This document shows positions 1-13,656 of a stretch of DNA of 64,000 nt, piece by piece. The first letter of the stretch is position 1. Every line of letters begins with the position of its first letter. The DNA is taken from assembly GCA_000165425.1 (NCBI GenBank), contig CT868429.1:62001-126000 (forward strand). The letters run 5' to 3'. Source of the DNA: Paramecium tetraurelia (taxonomy: Eukaryota). The notes below the pieces were generated by a model. The model worked only from the letters and a program-made list of their open reading frames with translations, made no database searches and was not told the origin of the DNA. A program made the position numbers and the translations under genes.

Positions 1-481
1 ATAACTGTTTAAACTTGATTTAATATTCAATCTTGTAATCAACAACGTATTTCTAACTATATTTATAATTCAGTCATAAGGTATTTTATATAAATTTGAA
101 TAATTCTTGGTTAATTCCTATAAAATAGTGAAAAATAGGGTTGATTTAAAGTAAATATTTGTATGGGAAGATGATGAAATAAATTGGCTGATTAAGTTTA
201 CTTAATTGAAGATTTAATATTTGTTTAGTTGTAATACTTATATATATTAAATAAATAAATGTTTCTTGTTTTCAAATTATACTTAAAGAATGACTTTTTT
301 ATAATATTTAGAAAGCAATAATTTTATGTGGTTTGATTATTCCCTAAACTTGATTTGAGAAGAATTTAATTAAATGAAAAAAATTAATGAATTTTGTATG
401 GTCAGATTTAATTTAGAGAACAGACACATTTTTAGTATTGATAGAAGGTTTTGCATATTGTATTCAATTTAATCTATTTAT

Positions 482-2809
482 TCATTAAATATAATTGTTT
501 AGCTCCTCTTCTGATATAGATTCGGAACCATGTTGTTTAAGAGAGGCAAATAATTTTCGGAAATATTATTTACTTCTTACTTGAGTGGGCATTTCTTTGG
601 TTGGCTTGGATAATTTACTATTTTTTTTTCGTTTTATCATTTAAACATTAAATGGATTGAACTTTTAGTGGTGTGATCTGTTGTTGTAATAGGTTTTGAA
701 AAATTATACCTGCACTAACTTGGACTTCTTGTGGCAATTACTTAACTCATTTTTTTGAATAATCTTTATCCTTTGTTATTTTAAGATGATTCAATCAAAT
801 CTTAAGACTGATGTAGAAAATCAAGGTAGAGTTAGTGTTCTGCAGGTGTCCAATGGCCTGATCTTATCGTATTATTTTACTATAGCTCTTATGCTTTACA
901 GATAGACATGGATGGTACTTAAATTAAGAAGATTAATGTACCTGTTACATCAGATTTCATTTGATATTTTTAAATCTTGAATTAAAAAATTAATACACCA
1001 ATGTTTATACATTAAGAATTACCTATAAATATCTTGAAAATATCTATTTAAATTATGATATAGGAAGATAATAATTTATATTTTTTGGAAGCATGAATGA
1101 TAAATCTTCAAAAAAAAAGTAATTGTTAATTATAATTTGAGAATTATTGTGAATTTATTATAAATCAGATTTCTTTTTTGCTTTATAGACTATTTGGTAA
1201 AATCTACTAAGTGGATGAATCAAAAATCTTCTTCTTTTATCTTTGGACCTCATCGTTTGGAGTTAATTTATCTAGTCTCAAAATCAAATCACTAGTTAAT
1301 TCATATATTTTCTCCTTATTCAATTCCAAATACCTTAGTGCTTCATTATACAACTCATTATTTAAGTATTCCTTATAAGGAGTTCGAATCTCCTCTAACT
1401 TCCCTTTGATTAGTTTTGAAACTTAATTTTGGGTTTAGTTTTAATTGAAAATCAAGAATTTTGAGATTTACTATATATTTTTCTCAAGTTCGGCTGGAGG
1501 TTTGTTAGTTTACTTAGCAAAATTGATTTAATCCTTAATAGCTTTGATGAAAATGATCTGAATGGAAGATTCAAAATATTCCTCCAAGGTTTCTTTTTGG
1601 GATTATTATTATTTTTGATTTTTTTCTGGCAAAGGGATGCAAAAAAGTTAAATGTCATCATTTTGATAGCATGCTTCGCAATAATAACTAAGATTAGTTT
1701 AATTAGAATACCCAGCAATTACTAATTTGAAGCAATAATATAAGGCTTTGCAATTTTGATGCTTGACACAGACAATTTAGTTAATTTATTTCATTTTTTA
1801 GGGAGAGCTAACATAAAATTAAAAAGTACGGAGTTTCTTCAAAAATTCCTTTTTAATTCGAATTAAAATATAATTAAATCAATTCCTTGTATGTCTTTCT
1901 ATCACATTCTTCATATTAAAGCATATCTGTGATCAAATTCCTGATTCGGGCATTCTCTACTTTATCTAAAAACATATTTCTCTTATTTTTTTATTCGACC
2001 TTATGTCATTATTATTACTCATATACCATATTAAGTCCAACAATTTCAGTCGTTAGCAGTAGAGTACATTAAAGAAAAGTTAAGCCAAGAGAAAAGATGT
2101 CGGACTTTTCTAAATCGTGTTTAATTTTTTCAAACGAGCTTGGCTATTCAGATCTCGTAACAAATGCATTCCATAATATTGGTGAAAAATAGACCGGAGT
2201 TCCAACTATAGTGTTTTTTAAACTTTCCTAAATATTCAATTCATGCAAGCTCTTTGATACTCCAAAATCAGTGATTTTTGGTATTAAATTATCAGCTTCT
2301 AGTATGAGAATGTTTTCTGGCTTGATATCCCTAAAAAATCATTATCTAAAATAGAACCTGTGAAAAATTTATTTTTGTTCAACTAGAGTTGAAAATGTGA
2401 GCAGACATTTTTTAAATAACTCAAGCAACTAAAATGCTGAAAAATACGATCTTTCTTGTTTTCTGGTGTGAATTTCTTTCTATAAACTACGATCCGCTAA
2501 TTCCATTACTAAAAGAAGACTAAATTTTTTTGGCATTAATTCTTGCCAAGCATAGACTTTTACAACATTTATCACATTTGGATGCATGTTGATGAGCTAA
2601 TTAATTTTAAACTCATTTTAAATTTTGTTAAACATCTATTCATTTATAACTTCAATTTGTTTTGCTGCATAGTATTTCCCTTTCTCTAAAGGGGAATTCT
2701 CGCTTTTGCATAACAATTTATACACCTTCCCAAAAGCACCCTATCCTAAACGAACAGGGTTTGAAAAATCAAAATCTTTAATAAATTCTTCCTTAGTTGG
2801 GTAATACAT
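482..2809 (-). CDS. Ser/Thr protein kinase with long C-terminal extension
   Basis: [31 protein letters not shown] (intron-split)..DFGVSK..GTPVYFSP. TGA at 482-484. The part below about 1000 could be a separate small gene because its splicing is ambiguous. Confidence 0.75.
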
Positions 2810-3834
2810 TTATTTAAAATAATTGAGCATTAAAGAATATATACCCATGCATATATATATAACTCTGTTATTTTATTAGAAGTAATTTTCAAATATGACA
2901 TTTATAAGTTTTATAATGAATTTTAATCATATTTGTATGATGATTCATTCAACATAATATTTGTGATATTAATAAACAACATTTAGAAATTAAATTTATT
3001 TATACTACTTTTAATAAATTCACTTCCACTATTAAAATAGCTTTAATAAATTAATTTGTTTTACTTTCTGAATTTATAAGGTCAAAAGAAACAACACAGA
3101 TTAATATATATATATATAAATAAAAATTTAAGTAGCCTTTATTTTATTGTTAGTAAATTGAAATTTGGAAAAGAATGCTTTAAGAAAGATATTGAATATC
3201 TAGGTTATTCTGATATATGAAAATTTGCAGAATAATTCGATTTCGCAATGTTAAATTGTTAATGTTGACTTATGTAAGAAAACTAAATCAGGAAAAAGAT
3301 TAAATTTAAAGTATATAGACTAGACAAGCATAATCAATAAAAGGTTCATGTATGATAAGATCGGAAAGATTATCATTCTATTAAATGATCCATAAATTAG
3401 TTTAAATGAAAATAACCCTTAATTGATAGATGTAAACATAGACATAATAAAAGTTAGAAAATTCATATGGAAAATTCAGATATGTTAATACAATAGTTTG
3501 GATAAAGAAATGAGAAATGGATTTACAGTGCATAAGAATAGCACTATGACTTTAAATGCATATATCAATATATTTATCCTATTTACTATAATAGAATAAT
3601 GCTTTCAAATTAGCACTCATAAATTTATTCTATCAATTAATTATTTAATTATAGATTATTAGCATTATACATTACTTAGTCAAAGATATGAGTCACCTGA
3701 AATAAACTCAATTAATAAATCAATTAAGCATGAAAAGTCCAAGCAAAAGAGTTATAAGCATTTAAATTAAATAATTTAATAATGTTCCAATAATATAAGA
3801 TACTGAAGAATAATATCATAAAATCCATTTCTAA

Positions 3835-4932
3835 TCACTATTCACTTTTTTACCTTTTTTCCTTGCCTTCGCTCCATTAACTTCCACATTGCTATCCATT
3901 TTTATCTATAAAAATGCCTTTGCCGTGTAATTTTCCTTCTCGAAACTGTCCTATATATTTTGATCCCTCTGTCCATCTAAATTCTCCCTCACCATGTTTA
4001 ACATCATTGTAATATTAACCTTCATATTCTCTGCCATCTAGCCATACAAAATGACCTTTGCCATGCATTTTTCCATCTTTAAAAGATCCTTTGTAACGTC
4101 TTCCATCAGCAAAAATCAATTCACCAAAACCTGTAATTTAGTCATTATCAAATTGTCCATTGTATATATCTCCATTAGGGAATTTGGCAATACCTTTTCC
4201 CCATCTCTTTCCTTCTCTAAATATCCCTTCAAATTCACTGCCATCATTTAAAATCTCTTTACCTTAACCATGCTACTCTTAATATTATAATAACCTTTTA
4301 ATCTAGCAACCATTCCCCTTAGTATTGAGAACCGTCAAATTCATAAAATATTCCATAACCATTTGCGGAATTATTTTTCCATTCCCCATCATATGCGTTA
4401 CCATTTGAGTGAATAATCCTGCCTCTCCCATTTGCTTAATCAAACTTCCAATAGCCTTCATAAATTGAGCCATCAGCAAAATACTATTTTCCTCTCCCAT
4501 GCCTCAATCTCTATAACCACTACCCTACATAAATATTGCCAGTGTTTTTTTTATGTTCCTAAATAATATAATAATAGTTACATGAGCCATAAAAAATCGG
4601 CATTCATTAAATTCTTGAGGCAACTACTTCTCAAACTTAAACTTACCCAACTTATTATAAGTTATCTAAACATTCTACTCCAAAGTCTTAGGTTCCTTGC
4701 TACTTATCCAAGCCTCCCCTGGTTTTTCTCTTTCAGCTTCTTCTTTCATTTAAGCAGCAACCTTTTTAGCTTTTTTCTTCCTTATTGATTTTTGGATAGT
4801 TATTATCTCTTCTTCGTGTTCCTCAAAGTTTATTTATTATGGAACCAACGTAGGAACCTATTCTGGTTCATATTGTTGAATATCAACATTTTAAATCAAT
4901 CCACCTGTTTATTGCGAACAACAAATGCCCAT
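3835..4932 (-). CDS. MORN-repeat protein with N-terminal acylation motif
   Basis: Starts MGICCSQ. Tandem Y-x-G-x-W/F...G-x-G MORN repeats at about 3900-4550. Ends SEQ-TGA at 3835. Confidence 0.88.
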
Positions 4933-5103
4933 TAAATAATTATTTATTTATGTAAAAGTTATGAAAATTTTATAAATTATATGTCCTATTTAAAATTTAA
5001 CATAATGTTAAGTCTCTGAGATTATAAAATGAAGCCATGCACAATATATAGAATACAAAACTATATAGAAATAATTAATATAAATCAAATATATACTCGA
5101 AGG

Positions 5104-6581
5104 TCATATGAGGATATTTTATTTTAAAGCATTTTTTCGTTAATAAAAATGTCTAGCCTTTAAAATATTTGTTAATTAATTAGAGATGAAACGATCTGAT
5201 TATGGACTAGGAGAGTAGGATTTATCTGTGGACGTTGAAGTGTCTCCATTGATGGGAGGGAGTTTTATGATATTAAGGGACTATTCCAATTTTTCCCTTT
5301 GAGAAAATCTTGGTGCATATTTGCTTGTCCTTCTTGCTAAACCATTAGCTAACTATTAAGAAATTAATATTTTCGAATTTCTAGGTTTGTTCAGTTGTTT
5401 GAACACATCAAGTTCCAAAATATTTTCACAATTTAGAGAATCAATTTATTTTTGATATTTTTCTGTAAAAATCATTTCGAAAAACCGTCTAAAAGGAGGT
5501 GATAATTCCATATACTCAATATAACTGATGTTTTTAAAGTTTTTCATTAGTAATTCATCAACCAATTGATTTTCTTAATAAAACTTTTAGGTGAAAATGC
5601 TCAACATAATTATGCTTAAAGAGTATATGTCTTTTTTCATATAGAATTTCAGAGCTCCCTCTTCTTACGAAGTCATATGATCTAAAGTCTTAGTTCTTTA
5701 AGGTATTTAAACTGCTTTCCCATAATTGATCAAGCAAACCGACTCTAAGTCCATGGGATCCCTTAGTATGATATTATCAAATCTAATATCTGTATGATAA
5801 ATATTCAATTTGTGTAAGTAATTTAAAGAAATGAAAAGCGACTTCATTATTTTCATCATGTCTTATTCAGTAAGGTCTTAATTAATTATGTATTATTTTA
5901 TTGGCCCTCCTTCTAATAATTCTGTGACGATATAGATATTTAATTCTCCTTCAAAAATCTCGTATAATTTCAACAAACCTTTATGATTGATTTATCTCAG
6001 AATGCGAATTTCATTCATACACAACTCCCTCTCATAACTATTACTTTTTATGAGGTTTGATTTTTCGTATATTTTAACAGCAAATTCTTGACCATTCATA
6101 ATGTTCTACGCTTTGTAAACCTAGGTTACTTTAAATTCTTACTTAAGATAAATATCCACTTCCTACCTTTTTTATTACTTTATACTTTGATTAAAAATCA
6201 GATTGAATCATGTATATCTTAATTTTATTCAATATTTCTAATTGAATTCCAAAAAATTCGGCATACTATCCATTTTTGCTTAGTCTAAAACCAAATTGCT
6301 TGTTTTTTTAATTGATAATACCTTTCAGGCATATATTTTCAACATCGATGTATCTATCTGATTTCTAAATTTAATTCTATATTTACTTCATCACTAATTT
6401 TAAGAATAGAATCCGCCATATATATTGTTACAATTATTATCTTCTTTTGATAGGTCATTTAAAAAATTCCTTGATCTACAAAATGAAGATTTTCGTATGA
6501 TGAAGTTGTAAATAATTAATTTCCATCATTAAAAAATGAAGACTTCGAGTTATCGGAAGATGAACAAGTGCTTTTTTTCAT
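5104..6581 (-). CDS. PH-like domain + CaMK-like kinase domain, probable pseudokinase
   Basis: Gly loop VGSGYLSQ|V (intron), FAVK, HTDIRFDN, and NYG in place of DFG. Same layout as the genes at 31171, 32716, 45279 and 47202. Confidence 0.75.
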
Positions 6582-7191
6582 TAAAAATATAAATCAATGT
6601 TTTTCATTATCATTAAAAAATAACTCGTTCTGAAGTCGTTAAATTTCGACCAAAGCAAATAATAAAAAATATATTATGAAACATCTAAAATGATTTTGAA
6701 AGTTTTAAAGTTCTTTTTGCATAGTACGGATTCTTTATTCCTAAAATGTTTTATCTTTTAATATATACTTAAATACTATAGAAGTAGATAAAGTGAATGT
6801 TTTCATGATTACTTATCTATAATTTAGCATTAATGGATTCAAAAAGGGATTAAAATTGATAAATTGCATACTTGTTGCTAGTTGATAATGAAATTTTATT
6901 AGTAATATGATTAGGTTTATATTCTAGATGTTATCTTAAAGTTACTAAATAATCTAAATCTATTTTGAAATATTGATCTATAGACTTGATGTAGCAGTTT
7001 GGTTGCGGATTTGATATTTTTTAATTATAGTTTTTTTAATTGCTTTTTATATTTAATCAGTTAAAATTAACTTGTTTTCAAATGATGTCTTAGAATTCGT
7101 TTTTTAGGTTGATACCAAAAAGTAATACGAATAGATATGATTAATTGAGGTTGAATTAGAATTGTCATTTGAATAATATAAAATAAATAGT

Positions 7192-8647
7192 TCAATTAAA
7201 TTAGAATTTATTTGAAAAATGACTCCTATCTGTTTATGGCTTTTAGCTAGAAGACATTGATTTAGTTTGTAATCTTGGAGTAGAGGAAACCAAATTATAT
7301 TTTTTTGATGACATCTGTGATAATTAAGGATTGGTATCTTCATGATTTGTTCTTCTTGCCGATGTGAGCTATTATGTATTCAAATGAGGTATGGTTGGTT
7401 TAGTAACAGAATTACCTTAAAAAGGAATCTGAGTAATAGTCTGGTCAAATGTGTATCCATTAAAAAGTTCTTATATGGATTGTCTCCTTAGCATAATGCC
7501 ATTTTATTCAATTTGTTGACTGTCTTCTTCCTCTCTCATATTAGCAAATTTAGCATCAAAATTATCATGGTTGCACTAAAATCATGTAAAGTGAACATTA
7601 CATTAATTTAATAAGGGGTAGCAGCAGTTTAATTAAAGAAGGTAGTCCAATCAATGTCCTTGAACCAAGGGTGAGTTTAAACTTCTTCTGGACCATTAGC
7701 TCCTAGTCGATTGCTTGGCTTTCTTTACAATGCCCTGTTAATGAAATCAGCTGATTCTTCTGACCACCCATCAGGTAGTTAATTTAATTTAACTAGAACT
7801 TATTTAGCTAGAATTTAATCTCTAATTTCCCTTCTTGTTTTTCCTATGTAAGGTCTCTACATAGAACTAAAAATAGATACTTTTCCGAACATGCATTCGT
7901 AGGCAATGACGCCAACTGCAAAGTAATCTGATGCTACTCCATGGGCTTGTCTGCACATGACTTCTGGAGCCATATAGCCTGGAGTTCCACTAGTGTCATT
8001 TTCATTGTCAGGTTTCCAGATTCTGGCAATACCCAAATCTGTTAATCTTAGATAACCTAATTTAGAATTTGAATTATAACCATTTCTATCGAAGACCAAA
8101 TTCTCCGGCTTGACATCTCTGTGTAAGATTGTATTGGTGTGGAGGTAATCCAGAGCCAGCAATAGACAAACTATGAAGAACTCTTAAGATTGATTCTAAT
8201 TATGTACTTGTTTGTTTTTCAGTAAACCTTTTCTGCTTACATAAGTGGTATCTTAGGTCGCCTCCTTGCATCAAGTCCATTACCAAGTACAGATTGTCTC
8301 TGTCCTAAAAGGATGCATGCATATTAACTAAAAATCTATTTAGACCATATTTATTACGGATGTCTTAAATTGCATAGCAGATATTTTTCATTCATGACGG
8401 AACTGACACTCTTCTTGTTTACAATCCTTAAGATTAGTATAGTGCATACTTGCATTTGCTCAACTCTTTTATTGCGTATAATTATTTTGTCTTTTTATTC
8501 TCGGCCTTCCAAACTCTTCCAAACCCTCCTCTGCCAATAACAAAGAGCATATGAAAATCATTTTTGGAGGGCACTAGACATAATTTGATTATGATTACAT
8601 GAAACATCATCAAAATTTACATCTTTGCTGTTATTACAATTTCCCAT
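7192..8647 (-). CDS. AGC-group Ser/Thr kinase with N-terminal MGNC motif
   Basis: IGRGGFGRVW, YAIK, HRDVKPEN, DLG, GTPGYMAPE. AGC-type tail (RLGANGPEEVQTHPWF..FNGYTF). Several 22-27 nt introns. Confidence 0.88.
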
Positions 8648-8684
8648 ATGAAAATTAAATTTATTTTAAAATAATACAATAAAA

Positions 8685-9883
8685 TCAAGGGGATTGTAGT
8701 GAGGATAACTCTGCGTCCTCTTCTTTAATTACATTGCCTTATTGTTCTGGATTGATATTGACTAGGTATTAAGCAAAGGCCTTTGGAGAGATGTCCTTTA
8801 AAGCTTCCTATTTCAGTTGTTCCAAAGTAAAGCTTTACTGACGAACCTTTTCGAAGTTTTTAGCCATATCAAACATGTAGCTAAAATGATTAGGATGATT
8901 GGTATACAATTCTAAACGCTTTGTTTCTTCAACAAATTTTCTTTGTGTTTCTTTGAGTGTGTTTTTTGGATTAGCCTTAAAACTAGGGTCTTACTCATTA
9001 AAAAAGTCTTATCCTATTATATTCGACATATGATCATACCCTTCATTGCAGACTCCATGATTTTTTTCAAATCGTTCGGAATGGCATGGTCCATCAAAGT
9101 GTTGAAGAAGGAATTACACAATTCTATCCTTCTTATTGACTGAACTCCAAATTCTTGGTCTAAAATTCTTAGCTAGGATTGACAAGGGGAGTTTTTGAGG
9201 TTGAGCAGCTGGTTCTGGTAGTTCATATGGAATTCTTTGATCTAAAATAAAAGGGATTATGTTAAAAAGTACCATTGATGGAATTTTTGCACAATAATTT
9301 ATATAGTTGTTTTGGTTTGCAATGGTTGCTTGCAGTCTCAACATTTCCTGTGTCAATTCCTCAACCTTATTTTCAAGGAGTTCAATGTATATCTTCTTTC
9401 TTTTTCGTGAATCTCTTGCGGATTGTCTGTTTCGAGCCAATTTCAATTGATGTGTATTGGCACCGAAGGGCTCTTCAGAAGAATCACCTGCTTGCTTCAT
9501 TTTTCTCTTCCATTTGTCCCCATTCCTCTTTGTACTAACAAAATATATAATGTCATTACTGTTTGGGAGTGATTTCAGTATCAATTAGTTGAGTTATTTT
9601 GCTAAGATAGATGCTTTTGGACTAGTTGACATTGAATAGCTCCTTGTTCTAACATATGATTTCTTCTTCTTTTTTTATTTTCTTTTAAGGAAAAACCGTA
9701 TTGAGATATTCAAAAGTGGGAAGAAAGGGGTTTTATTCTTCAAAACCAAATAACCACTTCTCATGGAAAGCTTCCTGTTCAGATATATTCTAAGGGGTCA
9801 TGCCATAAATTGAATTTTGAGGGGGGAGAGTTAGCATTTAAGTGTTTTAAATTAATATTTATGACGCTATCGAATTACTCCAT
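8685..9883 (-). CDS. bZIP transcription factor
   Basis: Basic region LARNRQSARDSRKRKK followed by zipper YIELLENKVEELTQEMLRL. First in-frame ATG after the upstream TGA is at 9883 (MEQFDSV..). TGA at 8685. Confidence 0.85.
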
Positions 9884-10200
9884 GACGAGATTTAAGAGGA
9901 AAATTTGTTGAAATCCGAAAGACAGCCCAGACACTCAAATAAAAGTCAAAATGTTGATGGTTGTTACCAACTAAATCATATTTATGTGTGGGGAAAGTTG
10001 CAGGCCTTCGCTTTTGCGTTGCATCGTAAATAACATTCTTGGAAACAATATTATATAAAAAAGAAATAAAAACGCAGGAATCACACAATTGGATGCTTAG
10101 TTAATTAGTTATAATAATAAGAATTGGGTTGGCAAATCGATCACACAGACAAGATTGTGTGAGAGACACACAGGTGGTCTGTATTTTCAATTATTTTAAT
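9884..10200 (-). promoter_or_regulatory. GC-enriched leader/divergent spacer containing a 33-codon uORF (10036-9935) and TCACACA motifs
   Basis: About 33% GC by hand count over 9901-10200, richer than other spacers here. The uORF is in frame with the bZIP CDS. Confidence 0.4.
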
Positions 10201-10212
10201 ATTTATTATATA

Positions 10213-13200
10213 ATGATTTTAGAATAAGCTGTATAATATATATTAACTATTATAAGTTATGTGATGAGAATGAATATACGAGGTTGGAAAAAATAAGAAT
10301 TGGGTGTAAGTATATATCATCACAAATGCCATTTATGACATCTTTTAATGATCCGCAAACTATAAAATAGCGTAATATTTTAAAGCCATATTAAGTTATT
10401 TGCTGTTATCCTTTTTCAAAGAATAATGTTGAACTACTAGTTTCAGCTCTTTTTGATCGATTTAGAGATTTAGACTTTTTCAATTCGTTTTACAAAGCAA
10501 TTGATGAAATTTCTTAGTTCCCTGAACAAAAAGTGCTTCTGAGTAATGCAAGAAGTATGAAATAATCAACAAGAAAATCTATCTTGAGGTACCCCTGATT
10601 TTAATGTCATAGAGGCCCAGGAACATCGACAGCTCAATATTCGAAATAATTAATAGAGAGTCTCATTAAGGTAAAATAATTCGCATCGCAATATCTATTT
10701 TAATTGTTTCAATTAGGATAGGAATTGGATATTAATTTAGAAGAATAAGCGAATATATTTTTGAAATTCCTGAGGAACACAAGAGAGGAAAGCTTTATCA
10801 CTGAGTTAATCGATACCTTTCAGAATATCAAATAGCACATCTTCAGAAATTCTTTGTGGTCAATCTCCATTGAAGATCAAATTGAATAGTGTAATTTAGA
10901 TATCAAACGAATTTAGACTTCTATACAATCTAGCATCCTCCAACAGCAACAAGAATAGAAATTCCACAATACGATACCGATTCAGACACAGATAGGTCTG
11001 AAATCGACATGAATGAAGTGATAGAAGAATGGATATGTTCAGATGAGCAAGGTTACATCAAACAACAAATTGAGTACTTCAGAAATGATGCCTATTTTGA
11101 ATTCATTATGAAGTTGGTTTTCGACCCCCTTAATTCCTAGCCAATACCTCTATGGGTATGTGCATGTATTTATTGAATAGTTCCAATCTCTTAAAAAAGA
11201 TGATGATGAAATTAATGATTACAGAATGTGGAAATCAGATTCTTTGAAACTAGACCTCGTGTACAATCTGAGGTCTAAAAAGGTCTTAAAGATCATCACC
11301 AATGATAAGAACTTCGCTATTATCAATAAATAAGTCCCTCAATTATTGATGAAAATATGTAAATCTCTAATCTAATTAGTTTACATGATATATGAAGCTC
11401 TTGGGGACAACGAGAAACCAGTCAATCTACAACATATAGCTTATTTGATTGATTACCTGTTCTTGCAAAGTCCTAAATCTTGTCTCTATTATGTTGTGGA
11501 TTTGAACTTACTTTTCGCATTTTCTTAGTACCTTTATAATCCTTACTTCTTGAATATTTGCGAAAGTACTCCTTCTTTATTTTCTAGAAATGATGAATTT
11601 GATTGATGATGAATATCAGTTAGGCATGCATGTCTAAGAGTACTTTTGGTTATACATCCAATCCTCCTAGTTCTTTGATTATCTGACACTCATAATGACA
11701 AATTAGCCAGTAGATAAATCTAAGTAAGAGAGATCTTACAAATCTGATTAAGCGGTAATCCACTAGTTTAATTTAGTATCACGTAATTCCCTTATTGAAG
11801 GCTTAGACTAACTTTGATAAGTTACCTATAATGCAAGATTCGAATTTAAGTGAGAAGAAATACTTAACAGAATTATTAGGTTAAATTACTCCAGGTAAGA
11901 CTCCAAATGATTTTTATGGAATGACTAAGAATAATTGGCATTTGTATGACGACATTCAAGAATATATTTCAAGTCAAGAGTTCAAGTTTAAGGATTTAGA
12001 TAATCTGAATGAATTTGTAAAATAGAGGAATTAAAATCATTCTAAATTTCAACACAATTTTGATGATCAAAAATTCAAAAGGCAAAGAACTATAGTTTTA
12101 ACTTAACACAACTCTGTTAGTCCACAAAATAAGGGGTTGTGTGGTTAAAAGTTAAGTGCTGTGGATATAGACAAATTTGAAGTCAAATCTACACTCAATA
12201 AAAACAGTAAAGCTTTGCCTCGATTGAGTTCAGCTTCCAAACAGAATAAATGGGTAAATGGTAATCAATAAAAAACCTATCTCAGACAAGGAACTCAACA
12301 GAAGCAATAATTGCTTATGAATACCTCAATCAGGTTAAGAACATTTGGATCTGATAAATCTGACTTCAGTTCTAATGATGGTTTCTCAAGTAGTCGTTTG
12401 AAAACTATTTATCCCAGTTATAAGATGCAACAAGAGACCAAATTTGAGAAGGATTTGCAATAAATACATAAAAATGAATCGACAGCTTCTTCTTGTGCTT
12501 AGTTGATCAAGGGACTGATCCAAACAGCATTTCACTATTGTTGGAGAAAGATTAATACCTTAGGATTGTGCAAACAAATATATAAATTAAATACAGACTT
12601 GCTGTTTTGTTCAATCATTACAAAGAATTCTTTGGAGAGATTATTCCAAATTTATTTATCGTCTCTACATAGCCCAAATGATGGATTACTGTCCAGTGCA
12701 GATGAATGTGGGATGATTATCAATGAAATATATTCCAACTATCCTAGACTAAAATAATAGAATTTGATTGTGGAAAGCTTAAGAACCTGTTTTACAAATG
12801 TTATTGATTTCTTGTGTAAGACAATTGTAAAACTAAATAAACAGTAACAAAAAATGGGACATTAGTAGTTAAATTTCAAATAATTTATTATTACTGATAC
12901 AATACTATATGGATTGTAAATGTTTGAGTAGAACAAGTCCTAAATTTAATAGAAGAATCCCTACTTGTACTTGAATGAGACTGTATTGCATATCTTGGTC
13001 ATTTGGTATTTCGATTACATTCAATTGAATATCCAATAGGATCAATTTATCAATTTATTTATCCTCATAATGACAAGAGCTCCTTAACATATAATTATGC
13101 ATCTAATGTTTAAGTTGGGATTCATCACTTCCCTTTATAATTTTTATTCGAAATATAGTAAGAATGGAATGATATGCACTTCAGGTGTAGAATCATTTTA

Positions 13201-13626
13201 TTTGCATTTAACATTCATTATTCATATTATCAATGAAACAATAAACAATAGAAATCTGTCAGTTGTTTAAATAAGTTTGAATTAGTTGCAATCATGGCAG
13301 TCATTACTACAAATACTTCCCAATCCCAATAGCAAAGCAGTGTTAATTTTGAATTAGAGAATGAAATGTTCTTCTATTTTTATTCCTATAAGAGTGGCAG
13401 TCAACTAATTCCATAGCATGAGATCTATGGATGGAGAATCTGTGATGATTCCATAGAAGATGATTCTGGATCAGATTAAATAGAAGTAAGAATTCAATAA
13501 TAAATATCATTTAGATTAAATGTGCCTACCAATCTTATTGATAAGAAGAAAGGAAAGAAGTTTCTGGATTGTGTTAAGGAGAAGGTTGAACAACAAAAGA
13601 AGGATCATTAAGTAAAGGCCAAATGA
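10213..13626 (+). CDS. Large helical protein, divergent SAPS (PP6/SIT4 regulatory subunit)-like; tandem paralog 1
   Basis: MILEQA|intron|LCDENEY; open frame with short introns up to TGA 13624-13626. Segments such as QQIEYFRNDAYFEFIMKLVF and VNLQHIAYLIDYLFLQSP resemble SAPS by eye. The gene is confident, the family assignment tentative. Confidence 0.6.
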
Positions 13627-13656
13627 TTTATTATATATATTTATATATTAATTTAT

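Noticed and set aside
1..470. Possible gene start at the window edge (minus-strand ATG near 77)
   Set aside because: Hits TGA after 12 codons with no convincing intron.
3170..3810. Plus-strand open stretch between the kinase and MORN genes
   Set aside because: No clean start or recognisable motifs; long frames arise easily when only TGA is a stop. Could be a relic gene.
6840..7170. Minus-strand ATG-to-TGA frame of about 110 codons
   Set aside because: Composition resembles intergenic DNA and no motif support was found.
9861..9888. TGACG half-sites suggesting bZIP autoregulation
   Set aside because: They overlap the start of the bZIP coding sequence (ATG 9883) and are too short to be meaningful alone.
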